A stretch of DNA of 64,000 nucleotides from an uncultured Candidatus Competibacteraceae bacterium (GTDB lineage Bacteria; Bacteroidota; Bacteroidia; CAIKAF01), in NCBI GenBank assembly GCA_964599915.1, contig CAZRHR010000002.1, positions 3,617 to 67,616 on the forward strand, written 5' to 3'. A program made the position numbers and the translations under genes. A model generated the notes under the pieces. That model had not been told where the DNA came from and searched no databases. It saw nothing but the letters and a program-made list of their open reading frames with translations. Shown piece after piece: positions 60,134-64,000 of this stretch (position 1 is its first letter; every line of letters starts with the position of its first letter).

Positions 60134-61357
60134 ATGGCAACCCACCAAACAGATGTGTTGATTTTGGGCGCAGGTCCGGCAGGAACTACGGCAGCCATTC
60201 ATTTGGCGGGAAAAGGGTATCAGGTGACCTTAATGGACCAACATGCGTTTCCACGGGATAAGATTTGCGGCGATGCATTAAGTGGAAATACCACCTATGA
60301 AGTTTCTAAACTGCCTGAAAAAGCCCAAATACCTTTTCATCAATTGCCACGTGCTTTGCCGGCAGGAGGCATACGGTTTGTTGCCCCCAATGGCATTCCA
60401 TTGGATTTACCTTTGGCAGTTGCGCGTCCGGGCTTCGCCTCAGCAGGCTTTGTGGTGTCGCGCTGGGATTTTGACCATTACCTTTGGAAGGAGGCTGTGT
60501 CCTATGAAGATGTACAATTTGTTCAAGCAAAGGCTGATTCTATTGAGATCACCGACCATGAGGTGACGGTTTCTTGCGGCCAGGACGTTTATAAAGCGTC
60601 CTTTGTGTTGGCAGGCGATGGAGATAAATCCATGGTGCGGAGGGCACTCTGGCCAAAACCGATTCACCGTAGACACCATAGCGCAGGACTTCGACAATAT
60701 TGGACCGGAGTTCAAGGTTTTCCCGAAGGTTCCTTCATCGAATTGCATTTTCTACCGGAACTTTTGCCCGGTTATTTTTGGATTTTCCCCATGACCGATG
60801 CACGAGCCAATGTGGGCTTAGGGGTTCGGTCAGACGTGGTTTCGGCCCGTAAAATGGATTTAAAAAAGCATTTAAAGACGTTGATTAGCTTGCATCCTGA
60901 GATTGCTCCGAGGTTTCGTGAGGCCACGGCTTCGGAGACGATTCGTGGTGCGGGTTTGCCTTTGGGTTCCACATGGAGAGAATTAACCCATCACCGGGTG
61001 CTCATGATGGGAGACGCGGCTGGATTGGTGGATCCATTTTCAGGTGAAGGGATAGGTCAGGCCATGACCAGTGGCAGGATTGCGGCAGAGACCGTGCTAC
61101 AAGGATTGAAAACGGGACGGGGAAGTAAGGAAGATTTGCAGGCGTATACAGTACGTTTAAAGCGAACTTTAGGAGGAGAGCTTCAGGTGAGTACCTACCT
61201 GCAATGGATGCTGCGTTATCCAGGTCTTTTCAATTTGGTGGCGCGCAAAGCACAAAACAGGCCTTGGTTGAGGGATGAGATATGTGACATGTTGCATCAC
61301 CCAGCGCAAAGAAAACGGCTTTTATGGCCGGGGTTTTGGTGGAAATGGGTCAGATAA
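60134..61357 (+). CDS. geranylgeranyl reductase family FAD-dependent oxidoreductase
   Basis: N-terminal DVLILGAGPAGTTAA Rossmann motif and a GDAAG motif (MGDAAGLVDP). Confidence 0.8.
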   Translation: MATHQTDVLILGAGPAGTTAAIHLAGKGYQVTLMDQHAFPRDKICGDALSGNTTYEVSKLPEKAQIPFHQLPRALPAGGIRFVAPNGIPLDLPLAVARPGFASAGFVVSRWDFDHYLWKEAVSYEDVQFVQAKADSIEITDHEVTVSCGQDVYKASFVLAGDGDKSMVRRALWPKPIHRRHHSAGLRQYWTGVQGFPEGSFIELHFLPELLPGYFWIFPMTDARANVGLGVRSDVVSARKMDLKKHLKTLISLHPEIAPRFREATASETIRGAGLPLGSTWRELTHHRVLMMGDAAGLVDPFSGEGIGQAMTSGRIAAETVLQGLKTGRGSKEDLQAYTVRLKRTLGGELQVSTYLQWMLRYPGLFNLVARKAQNRPWLRDEICDMLHHPAQRKRLLWPGFWWKWVR

Positions 61358-61552
61358 TACCTTACCCCACAAACAGGAAGGGTAACGAAAAGAAAAAAAA
61401 GCGAAAAAAAGTTTGTTAACAGGTTGAATATCCTTTAACTTAGTGTATCATTGTACAGCGATTCTCTTCTCGAAAGAAACTAGGTATCAGGAAAGCTTCT
61501 GTATCATCTATCGAAACCCGGGCTGACGTCGCATAATTTATTTTTTTTATTC

Positions 61553-61951
61553 ATGAACATTTTCATTGCCAAGCTGAGTGGTCGCACCACCAGCGAAGAC
61601 CTCCAGGAAGCTTTCGAACAGTACGGAGAGGTAACATCTGCCAAAGTAATTATGGATCGGGAAACCGGTAGATCCAAGTGTTTTGGTTTCGTAGAAATGG
61701 CCAACGACGAAGAGGCCCGTTCCGCTATCGAAGCGTTGGACAACGCTCAATTCCACGAGAGTACTATCGTGGTAAAAGAAGCTCGTCCACGTGAAGAACG
61801 CGCTCCACGCTCCTTTGGTGGCGGCGGAGGAGGCGGCGGTTTCCGCCCTCGTAGCCCACAAGGCCCACGCTCAGGCGGTGGCGGAGGTTTCCGTCCACGC
61901 GAAGATCGTGGTGGCTATGGTGACCGGAACTATTCTTCTGATCGCTATTAA
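61553..61951 (+). CDS. RRM-type RNA-binding protein with Gly/Arg-rich tail
   Basis: RNP2 (IFIAKL) and RNP1 (KCFGFVEM) motifs, then a C-terminal GGGGGGGFRPR repeat. Confidence 0.9.
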   Translation: MNIFIAKLSGRTTSEDLQEAFEQYGEVTSAKVIMDRETGRSKCFGFVEMANDEEARSAIEALDNAQFHESTIVVKEARPREERAPRSFGGGGGGGGFRPRSPQGPRSGGGGGFRPREDRGGYGDRNYSSDRY

Positions 61952-61979
61952 TTCATTTCGCGCTTTTGCGCATAGCAAA

Positions 61980-62007
61980 GGGGATAACCAGTGGTTATCC
62001 CCTTTTT
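61980..62007 (+). terminator. rho-independent terminator after RRM protein gene
   Basis: Perfect 10-bp stem GGGGATAACC-agt-GGTTATCCCC followed by TTTTT. Confidence 0.8.
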
Positions 62008-62034
62008 CTTTGCCATCAAATAAAAAATACAATC

Positions 62035-62766
62035 TTATCGCTTCACCCTGAGCTCAAAATTTTTCCCGAGATATACCCTCCGTACCTCTTCATCGGCAGC
62101 CAATTCCTCAGCTGTTCCTGCTTTTAGAATTTTTCCCTCAAACAACAGATAAGCTCTGTCGGTGATGCTTAAGGTTTCGTGCACGTTATGGTCGGTAATC
62201 AAAATACCAATGTTGCGGTTTTTCAAGGACGCTACAATGCCTTGAATATCTTCAACTGCAATAGGGTCCACGCCGGCAAAGGGCTCATCTAACAAAATAA
62301 AAGAAGGATCGGTAGCCAAAGCACGGGCAATCTCGGTTCGCCGGCGTTCGCCACCAGATAACAAATCACCACGATTTTTACGCACTTTTTGCAATCCAAA
62401 TTCTTGAATCAGGGTTTCACATTTTTCATGCATTTCCTCACGGCGCAAATCACGGTGCTCCAATACCGCCATCAGGTTGTCTTCTACACTCAGTTTTCTA
62501 AACACAGAAGGTTCCTGAGGCAAATACCCAATACCCATTCTGGCACGCTGGTACATGGGAAGGTTGGTAATTTCTTTATCCCCCAGAAAAATTTGACCCT
62601 CATTGGGCCGAATCATACCTGTGACCATGTAAAAGGTCGTGGTCTTTCCTGCACCATTTGGGCCAAGTAAACCTACAATTTCCCCACGATTCACTTCTAC
62701 ACTGACACGGTTGACTACCGTACGGCTTTTATAACGCTTTATCAAAGATTCGGCACGTAATTTCAT
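62035..62766 (-). CDS. lptB: LPS export ABC transporter ATP-binding protein LptB
   Basis: Walker [10 protein letters not shown], signature LSGGERRR and Walker B ILLDEP. 243 aa. Confidence 0.85.
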   Translation of the reverse strand: MKLRAESLIKRYKSRTVVNRVSVEVNRGEIVGLLGPNGAGKTTTFYMVTGMIRPNEGQIFLGDKEITNLPMYQRARMGIGYLPQEPSVFRKLSVEDNLMAVLEHRDLRREEMHEKCETLIQEFGLQKVRKNRGDLLSGGERRRTEIARALATDPSFILLDEPFAGVDPIAVEDIQGIVASLKNRNIGILITDHNVHETLSITDRAYLLFEGKILKAGTAEELAADEEVRRVYLGKNFELRVKR

Positions 62767-62769
62767 GCC

Positions 62770-64000
62770 TTAGATTTTTACACTTAATCCCCCAACAATG
62801 CCCCAACGCGGAGACTCCGGATAAAATTCATTGCCCGGATCTAAAGGATTGGCACCCCGCTGGTGGGTAAGTCTCCACACAAAATCGATGCGCAATACAT
62901 TAAAAATGTTCTCAATCCCCGCATGTACCTCCACATAGGGCATGGTTTGCCCTGTTCTTTGGTCGCGCAATTCATAGGTACCCTGCGGCAATGCCATATA
63001 GGCTTTGTTGGCGTCTGAAATAGAACCTACCAGCATTTTAGCCCCAATAACCTCACGCCATTTAAGTTTTCGCAATCCAGGGATTTTATTAAAAAATAAA
63101 CCGTCAAAGAAATGCTCCACACGCACAGAAGCATATTGATCGGACACGAACTCAAAATAATTCATGAGGTTAAAGCCAAACATGTCATACATGTAGGTAT
63201 CATTTCCAAGGTGAATTTCCATCAAGGGATAAGGAATGGTGCCCCAGATTTTCCCAGCCTGAATTTCCCAGTCAGTGTATCCCAAAGGTTTAATGCGTGC
63301 GCGATCTGCAATAGAGCATCGTACTGCATGGTACTCATAATCACTTCCCAAAACCCCTTTCATCCCGTATGTGTATTCCAATTTAATCACAGGATATTCC
63401 CCTCGAATAGCCCTTCTTTTCACCCGACCTCGAAGCCATTGCTGGCCATACGCCAAAGTGGTTTCAAAGCGAATTTCGGAACGGGTAAAATTTGGCAAAT
63501 AATTAGAGATTTCACCATTCTGATCCAGCTCTCCAAAACGTAGAAATGGAGAGTCATGCACCCGCATCCAGTTCAAGGTCAATTTGGAATTTAGGCCTGT
63601 GAACCAGTCATGCTCATAAAAACCTTGAACGTCGTCAATAAAACTTATGTCTGTCAGGACCCTTCGACGTAAAAAGGTGCCAATAAAGTTGTCCGGACGC
63701 CATTGGTTACGGGAAAGTCCTAATTGCTCATAATCCTGACGAATCCGCCAACCAAACATTCGCCAAGGATTCTTGTCCTTGTTCACATGGTAAACGCCAG
63801 AACAATCCCATTTAAAGCGTTCATCACGGGTTCCATAGGTAACATGGGCTTCTACAAAAAACCTGCGGCTAATGGAATCGGAAGTCCGTCCACCCACTTT
63901 AATACGATGCCCTTCAATCTCATTCATGGACCATGTTTCATACAGGGGCCCATAGCCGAAGTAACCAAAATTCCAGTATCCTGAACTGACCAAATCCCCG
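62770..64000 (-). CDS. hypothetical outer-membrane-type protein, C-terminal part (probably continues beyond window end)
   Basis: Long minus-strand ORF reaching the window edge, rich in aromatic/Gly beta-strand-like patterns. No identifiable motif. Confidence 0.4.
   Translation of the reverse strand, partial: GDLVSSGYWNFGYFGYGPLYETWSMNEIEGHRIKVGGRTSDSISRRFFVEAHVTYGTRDERFKWDCSGVYHVNKDKNPWRMFGWRIRQDYEQLGLSRNQWRPDNFIGTFLRRRVLTDISFIDDVQGFYEHDWFTGLNSKLTLNWMRVHDSPFLRFGELDQNGEISNYLPNFTRSEIRFETTLAYGQQWLRGRVKRRAIRGEYPVIKLEYTYGMKGVLGSDYEYHAVRCSIADRARIKPLGYTDWEIQAGKIWGTIPYPLMEIHLGNDTYMYDMFGFNLMNYFEFVSDQYASVRVEHFFDGLFFNKIPGLRKLKWREVIGAKMLVGSISDANKAYMALPQGTYELRDQRTGQTMPYVEVHAGIENIFNVLRIDFVWRLTHQRGANPLDPGNEFYPESPRWGIVGGLSVKI

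Noticed and set aside
61507-61518. ATCGAAAC motif shared between the RRM-gene leader and the tandem-repeat units
   Set aside because: An 8-mer match is expected by chance about twice in 64 kb on two strands, so it is not evidence of a functional link.

Overview
This is a chromosomal segment from a Bacteroidota-type genome (phylum inferred from signal-peptide lipoproteins, ATGA-type gene overlaps, a dcw cluster lacking murF/ddl, and a short glycogen-synthase-like gene next to panC). Coding density is high and most genes are housekeeping. The window runs from a partial glmS through panC, radA, sodA, a ClC channel operon, hflX, rsmB-like, manC, phoH2, fni, an aldehyde dehydrogenase, a two-component system, pdxJ, lysC, folK and a deoxynucleoside kinase. 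It then contains the complete division/cell-wall cluster mraZ-rsmH-ftsL-ftsI-murE-mraY-murD-ftsW-murG-murC-ftsQ-ftsA-ftsZ, followed by a holin-like/GH25 pair, frr, mazG, a geranylgeranyl-reductase-family protein, an RRM RNA-binding protein, lptB and a partial outer-membrane protein. The most unusual element is a ~940-bp ORF-free nested tandem repeat at 19139-20076, which lies inside a 1.28-kb non-coding gap between two convergent genes. It has four macro-units, each made of 2-6 copies of a 23-bp iteron-like direct repeat plus a ~153-bp unit. I found no matching protein-coding partner for it. Other notable points are an MraZ-operator-like array of four GTGGK repeats at 10-bp spacing upstream of mraZ, a monocistronic gene for an extremely acidic 81-aa protein between a two-component system and an orphan LuxE-like adenylating enzyme, and a holin-like/GH25 lysozyme pair with overlapping coding sequences next to frr. 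All calls rest on reading the sequence and recalling family motifs; no database searches were run.
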